A stretch of 27,798 nucleotides of DNA from a virus (lineage: Duplodnaviria > Caudoviricetes): positions 1-27,798 of IMG/VR virus record IMGVR_UViG_3300026260_000024, one strand, 5' to 3'. Within the stretch, counting starts at the first letter, position 1; the number at the start of each line of letters is the position of its first letter. The notes beneath the pieces were generated by a model. It had not been told where the DNA came from, ran no database searches, and worked only from the letters and a program-made list of their open reading frames with translations. The position numbers and the translations under genes are program-made. Shown here in pieces: positions 15,318-24,927 of the stretch.

Positions 15318-16379
15318 GTGACTACCCTCTGCGTAGCTCTTATAGTTAAGAATGAGCAACACGTTATCGAAAGATGCATAAACTCATTTAAGAATCATAT
15401 TGACTACTGGGTTATATGCGATACTGGATCTACAGATGACACGAAAGAAATAATCTCCGACAAGCTCCGAGATATTCCCGGAGAGCTTCACGAAACCGAA
15501 TGGAAAGACTTCGGTCATAACAGGTCCGAATTAATGAAGCTGTGCTTCAACAAAGCGGATTACATACTTCTAATCGACGCCGATATGGAATTACGCGTCA
15601 ACGATCTAAACTTCACGGATGAGCTATACCATACTTCTTACATGCTTAAATACGAAGGCGATATGTACTTTAGGCAAAAGATGCTAGTAAAGGGCGATAT
15701 AAATTGGAGATATGAGGGAGTTACCCATGAATATATAATAGGAGAGGGTGACATTAGTGCTGGCCCTACGGATCTTGTGTCTTTGGTTCATTATAGCGAC
15801 GGATCTAGGCATTCGTACAAGAATCAAGAAGATGTATCCTTATTGGAAAAATCAGTTGAGAACAACCCTGATAACCCCAGAGATGTCTTTTATTTAGCTC
15901 AGTCTTATGAATGTAACGGAGATCTCGAAAAAGCTTCTGAGATGTACAAGAGGCGCTCAGAAATGGGTGGCTGGGATGAGGAGACATACATAGCAAAGCT
16001 AAGAAGAGCAGAATGTATTAGCAAAAATCCAGAAGACTCACATTACCCAATAGGCTTGTACATTGACGCTTTAAAATTTAGACCTTTTAGATTTGAAGCA
16101 GCGTATAGAGTCATCAATTACTTCAGGAGAAAAAGGCTCTACAAGTTTTCTCACGATATGAGTTTGGACTACTTAAGAAAAGCGGAGACGGAAGATCTTT
16201 TGTTCGTCGATAAAACTGCAAAAAATTATAAAATCCCCTTGGAGTATGCCTTGAGTTGTTTCCACGTAGGCAAAAAGGACGTTTGTTTTAGGGTGTGTGA
16301 GGATTACGTGAAGAGGGTTATTATGCCGTCCGAATATAGAGAGTGTTTCGAAAACATTCTTAGGTTTCGGCATTCATGA
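15318..16379 (+). CDS. Glycosyltransferase family 2 with TPR-like C-terminus
   Basis: LIVKNE, DTGSTDDT, DFGHNR, LIDAD, VTHE, followed by the helical repeat RDVFYLAQSY. Confidence 0.9.
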   Translation: MTTLCVALIVKNEQHVIERCINSFKNHIDYWVICDTGSTDDTKEIISDKLRDIPGELHETEWKDFGHNRSELMKLCFNKADYILLIDADMELRVNDLNFTDELYHTSYMLKYEGDMYFRQKMLVKGDINWRYEGVTHEYIIGEGDISAGPTDLVSLVHYSDGSRHSYKNQEDVSLLEKSVENNPDNPRDVFYLAQSYECNGDLEKASEMYKRRSEMGGWDEETYIAKLRRAECISKNPEDSHYPIGLYIDALKFRPFRFEAAYRVINYFRRKRLYKFSHDMSLDYLRKAETEDLLFVDKTAKNYKIPLEYALSCFHVGKKDVCFRVCEDYVKRVIMPSEYRECFENILRFRHS

Positions 16380-16419
16380 GTGATTTTTCTTCTTAACAAG
16401 AATACATCAAATATGGCGC

Positions 16420-16605
16420 TTAGACTACTTTACCACTTGCTCGCTCGACGCGTTTCTTAACCAGATGGGCTTTGGCGTTTATCTGCTGCGCTAAATTCTC
16501 TATAAATTGATTAAGCTCTCTATCCTTCAAATCATCCCTATCACAGTATTTAACACTTAATTCCAAAATTTTTTTGAAATCCCCCAGAACTTCTTCTTTG
16601 CTCAT
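16420..16605 (-). CDS. Small helical hypothetical protein
   Basis: Fills the gap; GTGTAA motif 11 nt upstream of the ATG. Confidence 0.65.
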   Translation of the reverse strand: MSKEEVLGDFKKILELSVKYCDRDDLKDRELNQFIENLAQQINAKAHLVKKRVERASGKVV

Positions 16606-16670
16606 ACTGTCTATATTTACACCTAATTATTCGATTTTTAAAATTTTGTGTGTTAACCTTCTTTTGTATT

Positions 16671-17063
16671 ATGAAAACTTACTGTCCAGATTGTGGGGCT
16701 AAGATTGAGTTTGTAAGTAAAAAGCCCAATTTTTGCCCTAATTGTGGGAATGGGATTACAGCTAATAAAACCCCGTCTAAACCTACACCTACAAATGAAA
16801 AATCCGCTGTTGCGGAAACAAGTTTAGGATTCGATATGGGCGATGGACAAGAACCATTAGCCTTTCAGTCCTTGAAGCAGTTGGAATACGATTTTGAACC
16901 CGATTCTCAAACCTCAGAAACTCTAGGTTCCATATTCGAAAATGCCAGCATGGATATTGAGCCGACAGTCGATTCCCCCATTGGGGAAGGACAGACAGCC
17001 CAGCAGAATATGGAACAGTTCAAGGCCGAGGCCGGGACGCTGAGAGAAAAAAATAGCGAATAG
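16671..17063 (+). CDS. Zinc-ribbon protein; start at ATG 16671
   Basis: MKTYCPDCG...PNFCPNCG with an acidic tail. Confidence 0.8.
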   Translation: MKTYCPDCGAKIEFVSKKPNFCPNCGNGITANKTPSKPTPTNEKSAVAETSLGFDMGDGQEPLAFQSLKQLEYDFEPDSQTSETLGSIFENASMDIEPTVDSPIGEGQTAQQNMEQFKAEAGTLREKNSE

Positions 17064-17764
17064 TGCCTCGAAAAAAGAAACCTAGTAAAAAAACCAGCCC
17101 AAAATTTGAAGACGTTATAGACAAGATAAATACTGAGATCCTTAAAAGAAGGGGGAAATGGAATTTGAGTATTTTGTCTTGGATGGATTTCGATGACGTT
17201 TCTCAAATTTTAAGGATTCATATATGGAAAAAATGGGATCTATACGACCCAGAAAAGCCATTAGCTCCTTGGCTTAATAGAATAATATCGAACCAGATAA
17301 AAAACCTCATAAGGAATAACTATGGGAGCTTTAGTCGTCCTTGTTTAAAATGTGATGCTGCCGAGGGGTTTGACATGTGTTCGATATATGGAAAGCAATC
17401 TAACGATTGCCCATTGTATGCTAATTGGGAGAAAACAAAAAAAAGAGCCCACGATACAAAACTTCCAGTGTCTCTTGAGAATCATAAACAAGAAGTATTC
17501 CAAATGTCTATAGAGACTATGAATTTCGATGCCAAGTCAGAACAATTACATAACAAAATGAAACAAGTCCTTAAGCCTATCGAGTGGAAACTTTACGATC
17601 TTTTGTATATACAATTCAAATCAGATGACGAAGCGTCAAAATTAATGGGGTATAAGAGCGCAGAAAAAAACAGGGCTCCGGGCTATAAGCAGTTAAAGAA
17701 TATTAAAAAAACTATATTAGAAAAAGTAAAAAAAATCTTACGTAGTGGAGAGGTAGATTTATAA
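17063..17764 (+). CDS. Phage sigma70/ECF-like sigma factor with a 4-Cys insertion
   Basis: Region-2-like DFDDVSQ...IWKKWDLYDPEKPLAPWLNRIISNQIKNLIR; C-terminal region-4-like HTH (L...E...DEASKLMGY); CLKC-x8-C-x9-C between them. Confidence 0.7.
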   Translation: MPRKKKPSKKTSPKFEDVIDKINTEILKRRGKWNLSILSWMDFDDVSQILRIHIWKKWDLYDPEKPLAPWLNRIISNQIKNLIRNNYGSFSRPCLKCDAAEGFDMCSIYGKQSNDCPLYANWEKTKKRAHDTKLPVSLENHKQEVFQMSIETMNFDAKSEQLHNKMKQVLKPIEWKLYDLLYIQFKSDDEASKLMGYKSAEKNRAPGYKQLKNIKKTILEKVKKILRSGEVDL

Positions 17765-18861
17765 TGAGTACAAAACCTTTAGAGCTAACCGAAGAGCAGC
17801 AAACCAAGGTAATTGAGCTTTGGAATAGCCGCGAGGAAGACCCTCCTTCGCTCCTAGAGCTTGTTAGAGAGGCTTTTCCTAACCTTGAGAGTGCAGACGG
17901 CAGAAGCAAGGAAGGGAAGGCTGTAAAGGCATTTTTAGCCTCCAGATCGCTTAAAGCTCGTGGGGCTCACGAGTACAAAGCCAAGGGCACAAAAACGTTA
18001 ACTGACCAACAAAAAGAATTCATACAAAATAATGTTCTTACTATGAAGCCGTTAGAGATAACGAGGGCTTTATACAACAACGATAGATTAACAGCCCTGA
18101 GCCAAGAGGCTAGAACAGTTCTGGAGCAAATAAAAACCTTAGATCCTCAATTAGTATACGCTCAACCAGAACATGAGGGTGTTGCTACTGGCGTATATAA
18201 ACCCCCAAAGACTATCTTATCTACGATATCTAAAATTAATAGATATGTAGCTACTCAAATAAACAAAGATAAAATTACTCCGACTCAAAAAAAGGAAATA
18301 TCTTCCTTAATCGGGTACATGAATACTTATAGGTTTAACCATCAAATTAATACCTATCAGGCAGAAACAGATAGGGAGTTATTCGAGTCTAGCTTCGTTC
18401 GTTATACCAACGACAAATCTGACTTAACCCAAGAAGAAGTAGATCAATATATCGTTTTATGTACCGAAATAATTATTTCCTCGAGTATCCAAGAAACGAT
18501 TCAAATGATTCAGATGCAAATCGATCAAGAAGTCGAACAAGGCAATAGAATTCCCATGACTCTAATCGAGGCTAATAATACGGCCAGAACAGAATATAAT
18601 CAGTGCGTTACCAGACAGCAAAAACTCTTAAATGATCTAAAAGTAAAAAGAAGTGATCGATTGAGTAAGCAAATCAAAGAAAACGCTAGTATTCTTAATT
18701 TGGTTCAAATGTGGAAAGAAGAAGAGAATAGAGAAAAGATGATAAAGCTGGCCGACTTAAGGAAGCAGTCATTATTAGAAGAGACGGAAAACCTCGCTTC
18801 TATGGACGAGATAAAAGCCAGAATAATGGGCTTAACAGAGGATGAGATATTAAATGGCTAG
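17764..18861 (+). CDS. Hypothetical helical/coiled-coil protein upstream of terminase (possible small terminase)
   Basis: Long ORF, translationally coupled; function inferred from position only. Confidence 0.6.
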   Translation: MSTKPLELTEEQQTKVIELWNSREEDPPSLLELVREAFPNLESADGRSKEGKAVKAFLASRSLKARGAHEYKAKGTKTLTDQQKEFIQNNVLTMKPLEITRALYNNDRLTALSQEARTVLEQIKTLDPQLVYAQPEHEGVATGVYKPPKTILSTISKINRYVATQINKDKITPTQKKEISSLIGYMNTYRFNHQINTYQAETDRELFESSFVRYTNDKSDLTQEEVDQYIVLCTEIIISSSIQETIQMIQMQIDQEVEQGNRIPMTLIEANNTARTEYNQCVTRQQKLLNDLKVKRSDRLSKQIKENASILNLVQMWKEEENREKMIKLADLRKQSLLEETENLASMDEIKARIMGLTEDEILNG

Positions 18862-19807
18862 TACTTGTAAAGTATGTGGTGTTTCGTTTGATTCTGAAAG
18901 GCAGCTTCATGGTCATCTGAAAGCTCATAAGTTGAGGGTAGTTGAATATTATCAATCATATTACCCACGACATGATTTACATGACGGAAAAATTATAAAG
19001 TTCAAAAATAAAGCTCAATACTTTTCCTCTAGGTTTAACTCCAAGACTAACCTAAGAATGTGGTTGAAGGAGCAGAATTTAGAAGATGCTCGCGAATTTG
19101 GCGAAGAAATCCTTCAAGAAAGGATGGTGGAGAAAGATCTTCAGTATGCGCCTAGCCAAGTAGAGTTGAGATCTTTAATGTTTCCCCCAGTTCAATACTA
19201 TAACGAGATATTTGAAAGCTACCAGAGCCTATGCTCAAAGCTTGGATTAAAGAATAAACATTTTAATCAGGGGGAACTAATCTCAGGGGAAGAATGGGGA
19301 GATCCCAAATATAAGATATACATAGACACAAGAGAGCAGAAATCTTTAAGGTTTAATCGACCCATAGAAGTCAAAAAGCTAAACTTCGGAGACTATTCTT
19401 TTAGCGACAGAGGGGCTTCAGGCAATTGCTACGTAGAAAGGAAATCTTTAACAGATTTCATAGGCACTATGAGCGGTGGGTTAGAAAGGTTTAAAAAAGA
19501 AGTCGAAAGAGCGAAGGAGGCTGAAGCATACCTAGTGATTCTAGTAGAGTCTAAATTTAATGATGCTCTGCACTTTAATGAGATAAGGCGTAAAGGAACG
19601 AACCATAAACTCTACAGTAAAATAAGAATTAATCCCGAGTTTGTGTTTCACAACGTAAGATCTTTAATACAGGCAAACGACCATATACAGTTTTTGTTTG
19701 TGGAGGGAAGAAAGGAAGCATCTAGGATAGTCGAGAAAATTTTGACTTCGGGAGGAGGAGCTAAGACTATAGATCTCCAACTATATTACGATTTAGGATC
19801 TTTATAA
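18854..19807 (+). CDS. C2H2 zinc finger plus ERCC4/XPF-type nuclease domain protein
   Basis: CKVC...F...LHGHLKAH at the N-terminus; IDTREQ...GDY...VERKS..DF. Confidence 0.8.
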   Translation: MASTCKVCGVSFDSERQLHGHLKAHKLRVVEYYQSYYPRHDLHDGKIIKFKNKAQYFSSRFNSKTNLRMWLKEQNLEDAREFGEEILQERMVEKDLQYAPSQVELRSLMFPPVQYYNEIFESYQSLCSKLGLKNKHFNQGELISGEEWGDPKYKIYIDTREQKSLRFNRPIEVKKLNFGDYSFSDRGASGNCYVERKSLTDFIGTMSGGLERFKKEVERAKEAEAYLVILVESKFNDALHFNEIRRKGTNHKLYSKIRINPEFVFHNVRSLIQANDHIQFLFVEGRKEASRIVEKILTSGGGAKTIDLQLYYDLGSL

Positions 19808-21636
19808 TGTGGTACGCCCCAGAAAAATATCAACAAAATTTACCCGATTTAAATAAGGAGCTTTTAAATCTTAAAGGTGAACTAACTGACAAGCAAGCTA
19901 AGATTAGCTTGGCTAAATTCCTAAGAGGCAACATAGGGATTACCACCGAGCTTATATCAGGGATAAAACTAGCCCCATTCCAAGAAATCACATTGAAAGG
20001 AATGATGAATAGGAATTTCTCTATGTGCGTTTGGGGTCGTGGTTGCGGTAAAACGTTCATTGCTTCAGTGTTTTGTTTCCTTCAGTGCATATTTAATCCG
20101 GGAACTAAAATATTGATAGCTGGCCCTACGTTTCGTACTGCTCGTTTTATTTTTAATAACTTAGAGAAACTCGTGGAAAGTAAAGGCGCTGAATTATTGG
20201 CTCAAGCTTTTGGGGCCAAATCGAAACGTAACGATCAATTCGAATGGCAGATAAACGAAGGCTCTATAACAGCCATTCCGCTCAATGGTGAAAAGATCCG
20301 TGGTTTTCGTGCTAATATATTAGTGCTAGATGAGTACCTTTTGATCCCTGAAGATATAATCAACAATGTGCTAATGCCCTTTTTGGTTGCTCCTCAAAAC
20401 ATGAAAGAGAGGCTAGAGGTAAAGGAAATCGAGGAGAAGCTTATTGAAGAGGGAAAGATGAAAGAAGAGGATAGGATGGTGTTTGAGAATACATCCAAGA
20501 TGGTAGCTCTATCGTCTGCTAGTTATACTTTCGAGAATCTATATAAGACCTATCAAGAATGGACAGATAAAATCGTATCTAAAGACAAAACAGACGCTCG
20601 ATATTTTATATCTCAATTAGGTTACGAGGCACTTCCGAAAGAGATGATAGATCATACCATCATTGAAGAAGCTCAAAATGGAGGGGCTTCCCACTCTTCG
20701 TTCTTAAGGGAGTATTGCGCTCAGTTTACTGATGGTTCCGACTCTTACTTCAGCGCAAAGAAAATGCACTCGTGTACCATACCCGATGGCGAAAGCCCGA
20801 CTACGAAAATAGTAGGAGACGAAGACAAGAAATACGTTTTGGGGATTGACCCTTCATTTTCCAATAGTCCTAGCTCTGATTATTTTGCAATGTCTATGCT
20901 AGAACTAGATGACGAAGCCAAGTCTGGAACTTTGGTGCATAGTTATGCTGTTGCTGGAGGCGACTTAAAAGACCATATAAGATACCTATATTACATAATG
21001 AAGAATTTTAATATAGAAGTAATATGCATTGATAACGCTGGGTATCAATTTATAGATGGGGCGAACGAATCAGAGCATTTTAAGAGAGACAATGTAAAAA
21101 TCAACTTCATTGATTTCGATAGTAATAAAGATGGCGGCGACTATCAAAAAGAAATCAAAAAGCTCAAAAGAGCCCACAATAAGGATGCTGGCTATATTTG
21201 CTTCAAACAAATATTCACAAGTGAATGGCTTAGAAAAGCTAATGAGTTCCTGCAAAGCAGCATAGACCATAAAAGGATATGGTTCGGGTCTAAGACCGTA
21301 GCTAATGTGAGCTCTTTTAATCGGTATTCTGGTTCCAAAATAGATTTAAAGTTTGTTAATGAGGATAATATGTTAGATTTCATAGAGACCCAAGACTCTC
21401 TTATACATCAAACCAAAAAGCAATGCGCTCTAGTTGAAGTAAAATCTACAGCAAAAGGGACTCAAACTTTTGACTTGCCTCAACACTTGAAAAGAAGTAC
21501 ATCTTCTCTTCGAGCGAGGAAAGATAATTACACGACTCTAATGCTGGCAAATTGGGCTACAAAATGTTATTATGACTCGCAAAACTTAAAAGAGGAAGTG
21601 ATTCCAACAACTTTTACCCCGATTGTTATAAAATAA
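19807..21636 (+). CDS. terL: Terminase large subunit
   Basis: Q-motif LAPFQ, Walker A GRGCGKT, IRGFRA + Walker B LVLDE, SSA coupling motif, REY.AQF, RNase H-like LGIDP...D. Confidence 0.9.
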   Translation: MWYAPEKYQQNLPDLNKELLNLKGELTDKQAKISLAKFLRGNIGITTELISGIKLAPFQEITLKGMMNRNFSMCVWGRGCGKTFIASVFCFLQCIFNPGTKILIAGPTFRTARFIFNNLEKLVESKGAELLAQAFGAKSKRNDQFEWQINEGSITAIPLNGEKIRGFRANILVLDEYLLIPEDIINNVLMPFLVAPQNMKERLEVKEIEEKLIEEGKMKEEDRMVFENTSKMVALSSASYTFENLYKTYQEWTDKIVSKDKTDARYFISQLGYEALPKEMIDHTIIEEAQNGGASHSSFLREYCAQFTDGSDSYFSAKKMHSCTIPDGESPTTKIVGDEDKKYVLGIDPSFSNSPSSDYFAMSMLELDDEAKSGTLVHSYAVAGGDLKDHIRYLYYIMKNFNIEVICIDNAGYQFIDGANESEHFKRDNVKINFIDFDSNKDGGDYQKEIKKLKRAHNKDAGYICFKQIFTSEWLRKANEFLQSSIDHKRIWFGSKTVANVSSFNRYSGSKIDLKFVNEDNMLDFIETQDSLIHQTKKQCALVEVKSTAKGTQTFDLPQHLKRSTSSLRARKDNYTTLMLANWATKCYYDSQNLKEEVIPTTFTPIVIK

Positions 21637-21657
21637 GGTGTAATTCTAATAGAAATC

Positions 21658-23607
21658 ATGGCAAGTCCACGCAAAAAACCTGAAAATTCCCCAACGGAAC
21701 CGTTAATGGCGGGAATGGAGGAATCCCTCGCTTATTCTAGAGCAGAGAAAACCACTAGAACTCGCAGAAATGCCGCCTCCTACATAGAAAGAACCGATAG
21801 GTTTAGAAACATTAAAGAAGGGCTCACCCCCTTTAAGTACAGCCAAAGTGGAGATTATGGAGGCACTAGGAATATAAATGTTAGGGACGTAGTTATCCTT
21901 TGTCAAAAGGCTTATTACAATTTTGCGGTATTTAGGAACGTAATTGATCTCATGACCGAATTCTCCATCTCTGATATTTACTTATCTGGAGGTACAAAAA
22001 AGTCTAGAGACTTCTTTTCTGCTCTTTTTGAAAAATTTGATATTTGGGATCTACAGGAAAAATTTTTCCGCGAATACTTCAGATCGGGGAACGTGTTCAT
22101 TCATAGGTTTGATAATAGAATTAGAAAAGCAGACGTAATTAAAATTGCCAGATCCTTCGGTCTTAACAAGGGGTTCTCAAGCTCTTTGGCGGAAGACGGG
22201 AGTATAGTTTTGCCTTCTAGATACATAATCCTAAATCCAGCTGATATACAAGCAGGAGGAAATATATCCTTTGCTAAAACTAAATTCTACAAAAATCTTT
22301 CTGATTACGAATTGGAAAGATTGAGGAACCCTAAAACAGCAGAAGACGAAGAAGTGTTAAACGCTTTGCCTTCGGAGAAGCGGAAAGAAGTAAAAGACAA
22401 AAAAAATAACAACGTCCAAATAGAACTCAATCCAGAAAAAACATCTGCCGTTTTCTACAAGAAGCAAGATTACGAGCCCTTGGCGGTCCCTATGGGTTTC
22501 CCCGTCTTAGAATCCATAAACGCCAAAGCAGAAATGAGAAAAATGGATCTTGCCATTACAAGGACTACTCATCAGGCAATTCTATTGGTTACTATGGGCG
22601 CTGAGCCAGAGAAGGGCGGAGTAAACCAAAAGAACTTAGAGGCGATGCAGAAACTTTTCGCAAATGAGTCCGTAGGTAGAGTATTAATTTCAGACTACAC
22701 CACTGACGCTAAATTTATTATCCCTGACATTGCAGACCTTCTTCACCCTAGAAAGTACGAAGTAATTGATAGGGATATCAACGAAGGGCTAAATAATGTA
22801 TTAGTGGGCGGCGAAAAATTCGCTAACCAACAAACGAAAGTGGAAGTCTTCATGGCTAGGCTCAAACAAGCTCGTGAAGCATTTGTTAATAAGTTCCTCA
22901 AGACAGAGGTGAAAAGAATTTCTAAAACTCTAGGGTTTAAGTCCTACCCTACGCCCGTTTTTGAAGACATCCCCTTAAAAAACAACTTCAACACTCAAAG
23001 GATTTATAGCAGATTAATGGAGCTTGGAATTCTAACTCCAGAGGAGGGCTTTGATGCCCTACAGAACAATAAGCTTCCAGACAGGGAGTCTTCTTTAGAG
23101 TCTCAGAAGAGATTCAAGGAGCTAAAATCTCAAGGATTTTACGAACCTTTGATCGGCGGCAAAAATTCTCCCCCAAGCAAAGAAGGCAATGGCGAAGATA
23201 AAAATGGAAGACCGCCCGAAATTAGCACCCCCCAACCAGACAGGCAACCGGGAAAAATTGGGGAAAAACAATCAAAAGCTAATTATAGCTTAAAGAAAGT
23301 CAAAGAAAATCTAACTCTTGCCTCGAAGCTCGAAGAGAAGGTCAAAGACCAACTCAAAAAAATGCATAAACTAGACGCACTAGACGAAAGACAAGACCAA
23401 GTAGCCAGTGAAATAGCAGAGTTGATAATGTCAAATGAATCTTCAGGTCAATGGATTAAGGTAGGCGTGATCAGAAAGTATCTAAAATCACCAATGGATA
23501 CTAATGCGAAAGCGGTAGATCAAATTCATGATATCGCGTGTGAGCATCAAATCAGTTCTTACCTTGCAAGTATACTTTATGCTAGTGAGGTAAAAAGAGA
23601 TGCCTGA
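21658..23607 (+). CDS. Probable portal protein
   Basis: 649 aa directly after terL; FRNVIDLM, EYFRSGNVF, ILNP, GILTPEE and a charged/Pro tail with GRP, consistent with portals. Confidence 0.7.
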   Translation: MASPRKKPENSPTEPLMAGMEESLAYSRAEKTTRTRRNAASYIERTDRFRNIKEGLTPFKYSQSGDYGGTRNINVRDVVILCQKAYYNFAVFRNVIDLMTEFSISDIYLSGGTKKSRDFFSALFEKFDIWDLQEKFFREYFRSGNVFIHRFDNRIRKADVIKIARSFGLNKGFSSSLAEDGSIVLPSRYIILNPADIQAGGNISFAKTKFYKNLSDYELERLRNPKTAEDEEVLNALPSEKRKEVKDKKNNNVQIELNPEKTSAVFYKKQDYEPLAVPMGFPVLESINAKAEMRKMDLAITRTTHQAILLVTMGAEPEKGGVNQKNLEAMQKLFANESVGRVLISDYTTDAKFIIPDIADLLHPRKYEVIDRDINEGLNNVLVGGEKFANQQTKVEVFMARLKQAREAFVNKFLKTEVKRISKTLGFKSYPTPVFEDIPLKNNFNTQRIYSRLMELGILTPEEGFDALQNNKLPDRESSLESQKRFKELKSQGFYEPLIGGKNSPPSKEGNGEDKNGRPPEISTPQPDRQPGKIGEKQSKANYSLKKVKENLTLASKLEEKVKDQLKKMHKLDALDERQDQVASEIAELIMSNESSGQWIKVGVIRKYLKSPMDTNAKAVDQIHDIACEHQISSYLASILYASEVKRDA

Positions 23608-24904
23608 GTTCACTATAAAATCCAATGAGCAAGGGTTATTTGCTGGTCCAGCACCATCAAGCGGATACCACTTTATAAACGCTCAAGGTTTTCTTACGGG
23701 GGACTCTTCTCAAGCGAGCGCTTTAAAACAGATTAATGGGCTTACAAGTTTTTCATATTCTATACAGTCTAACAGAGTAGATGTATCAGAGTTAGGAAGA
23801 AGAGAGTTAGTAGATAGCATACAAATTCACCCCCCCACCGTGGAAATAAATTTTGATTACAATGTTTATGATTTAAGGAATGAAGTTAGACTCGGGCTTA
23901 ACCCGAATTTTCCCACGGGTGGAAATCAGTTGTCTTACTTCGATAATAATTTAGAAGTGTTTTTCTTTGAGGGTCTAGCTTCTGAAAGCACTTCCTCGGC
24001 ATATTCCCAATCTAATTGGCCTTACAAAGATAGAGATAAAAGAAATTTGTTTTTTATTAATGGTAAGAAGGGGGAAGATTTAATTAATATGGATGAGTCT
24101 AAATTGGGAGACGTATCTGTATTAGCTTTTGGCGATTGTTATTTAAGTTCATACAGCACTAATTTAACCGTAGGCAGTCTAGTCACTTCTAGTATTTCCT
24201 ATCTCAGCGATAACGTAAGTTTCCACACAAGTGGATCTGGTGCGTCTCCAGCTATAGAGCCTACTGGTTATACTAGGGTTAACGATAACATCTTCAAGAT
24301 CCCCAAGACGCTAGATGAGACCTCAAGCAAGAGCAAAATAGGATACGCTGTACATAATATGAATCCCAGCACTCCGTTGATGTGTTCCGATTTATTAGTA
24401 TCTATCAAAGCTACGGGATATGGCAATGACCAATCGGATATAAGAGATATTGGTTATGATTTTGGTACTTTTAACCTTCAAGAAGTAACGTTCCAAACCG
24501 ACTTTGAAAGAAGGGAATTCATTGGAATGGGATACAAAATTCCAATCGATAGACCAATAAAATACCCGATGATTGTTAGGGCTACCATATCTGCTTTAGT
24601 AGCCGATTCCACGACGGGTGAAATGAGAAATTTATTTAATAATGACTATAAATACGACATAAATATAAAATCTAGAAATAGGCAAGTAGCATGTTCTGGA
24701 GAAGCTGACCCACTTGTAGTTTTACAATATGACTTAATTAATTGTAAGATAGATAGTATAGATTTTGCCAACCGAGTTAATGAAAGGGCTAAGTTAGGTA
24801 TGACTTTCTCAACCGATGTCGCAGATGATGTTTCGGGGAAAGGCCTATTCGTCAGTGGAAAAATAATTGAATCAGGGACTGTGTTTTCTGGTTTTAACTT
24901 TTAA
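23600..24904 (+). CDS. Beta-rich virion structural protein, tail-tube-like
   Basis: Ser/Gly/Thr-rich; two similar segments (SFSYS...R.D..ELG...P..V and EVTFQ...R.E..GMG...P..V). Confidence 0.5.
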   Translation: MPEFTIKSNEQGLFAGPAPSSGYHFINAQGFLTGDSSQASALKQINGLTSFSYSIQSNRVDVSELGRRELVDSIQIHPPTVEINFDYNVYDLRNEVRLGLNPNFPTGGNQLSYFDNNLEVFFFEGLASESTSSAYSQSNWPYKDRDKRNLFFINGKKGEDLINMDESKLGDVSVLAFGDCYLSSYSTNLTVGSLVTSSISYLSDNVSFHTSGSGASPAIEPTGYTRVNDNIFKIPKTLDETSSKSKIGYAVHNMNPSTPLMCSDLLVSIKATGYGNDQSDIRDIGYDFGTFNLQEVTFQTDFERREFIGMGYKIPIDRPIKYPMIVRATISALVADSTTGEMRNLFNNDYKYDINIKSRNRQVACSGEADPLVVLQYDLINCKIDSIDFANRVNERAKLGMTFSTDVADDVSGKGLFVSGKIIESGTVFSGFNF

Positions 24905-24927
24905 ATGTGTAACCTAAATAAAGAATT

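Noticed and set aside
20846-20853. Minus-strand AGGGTCAA inside terL
   Set aside because: A single copy encoding the conserved GIDP nuclease motif; consistent with chance
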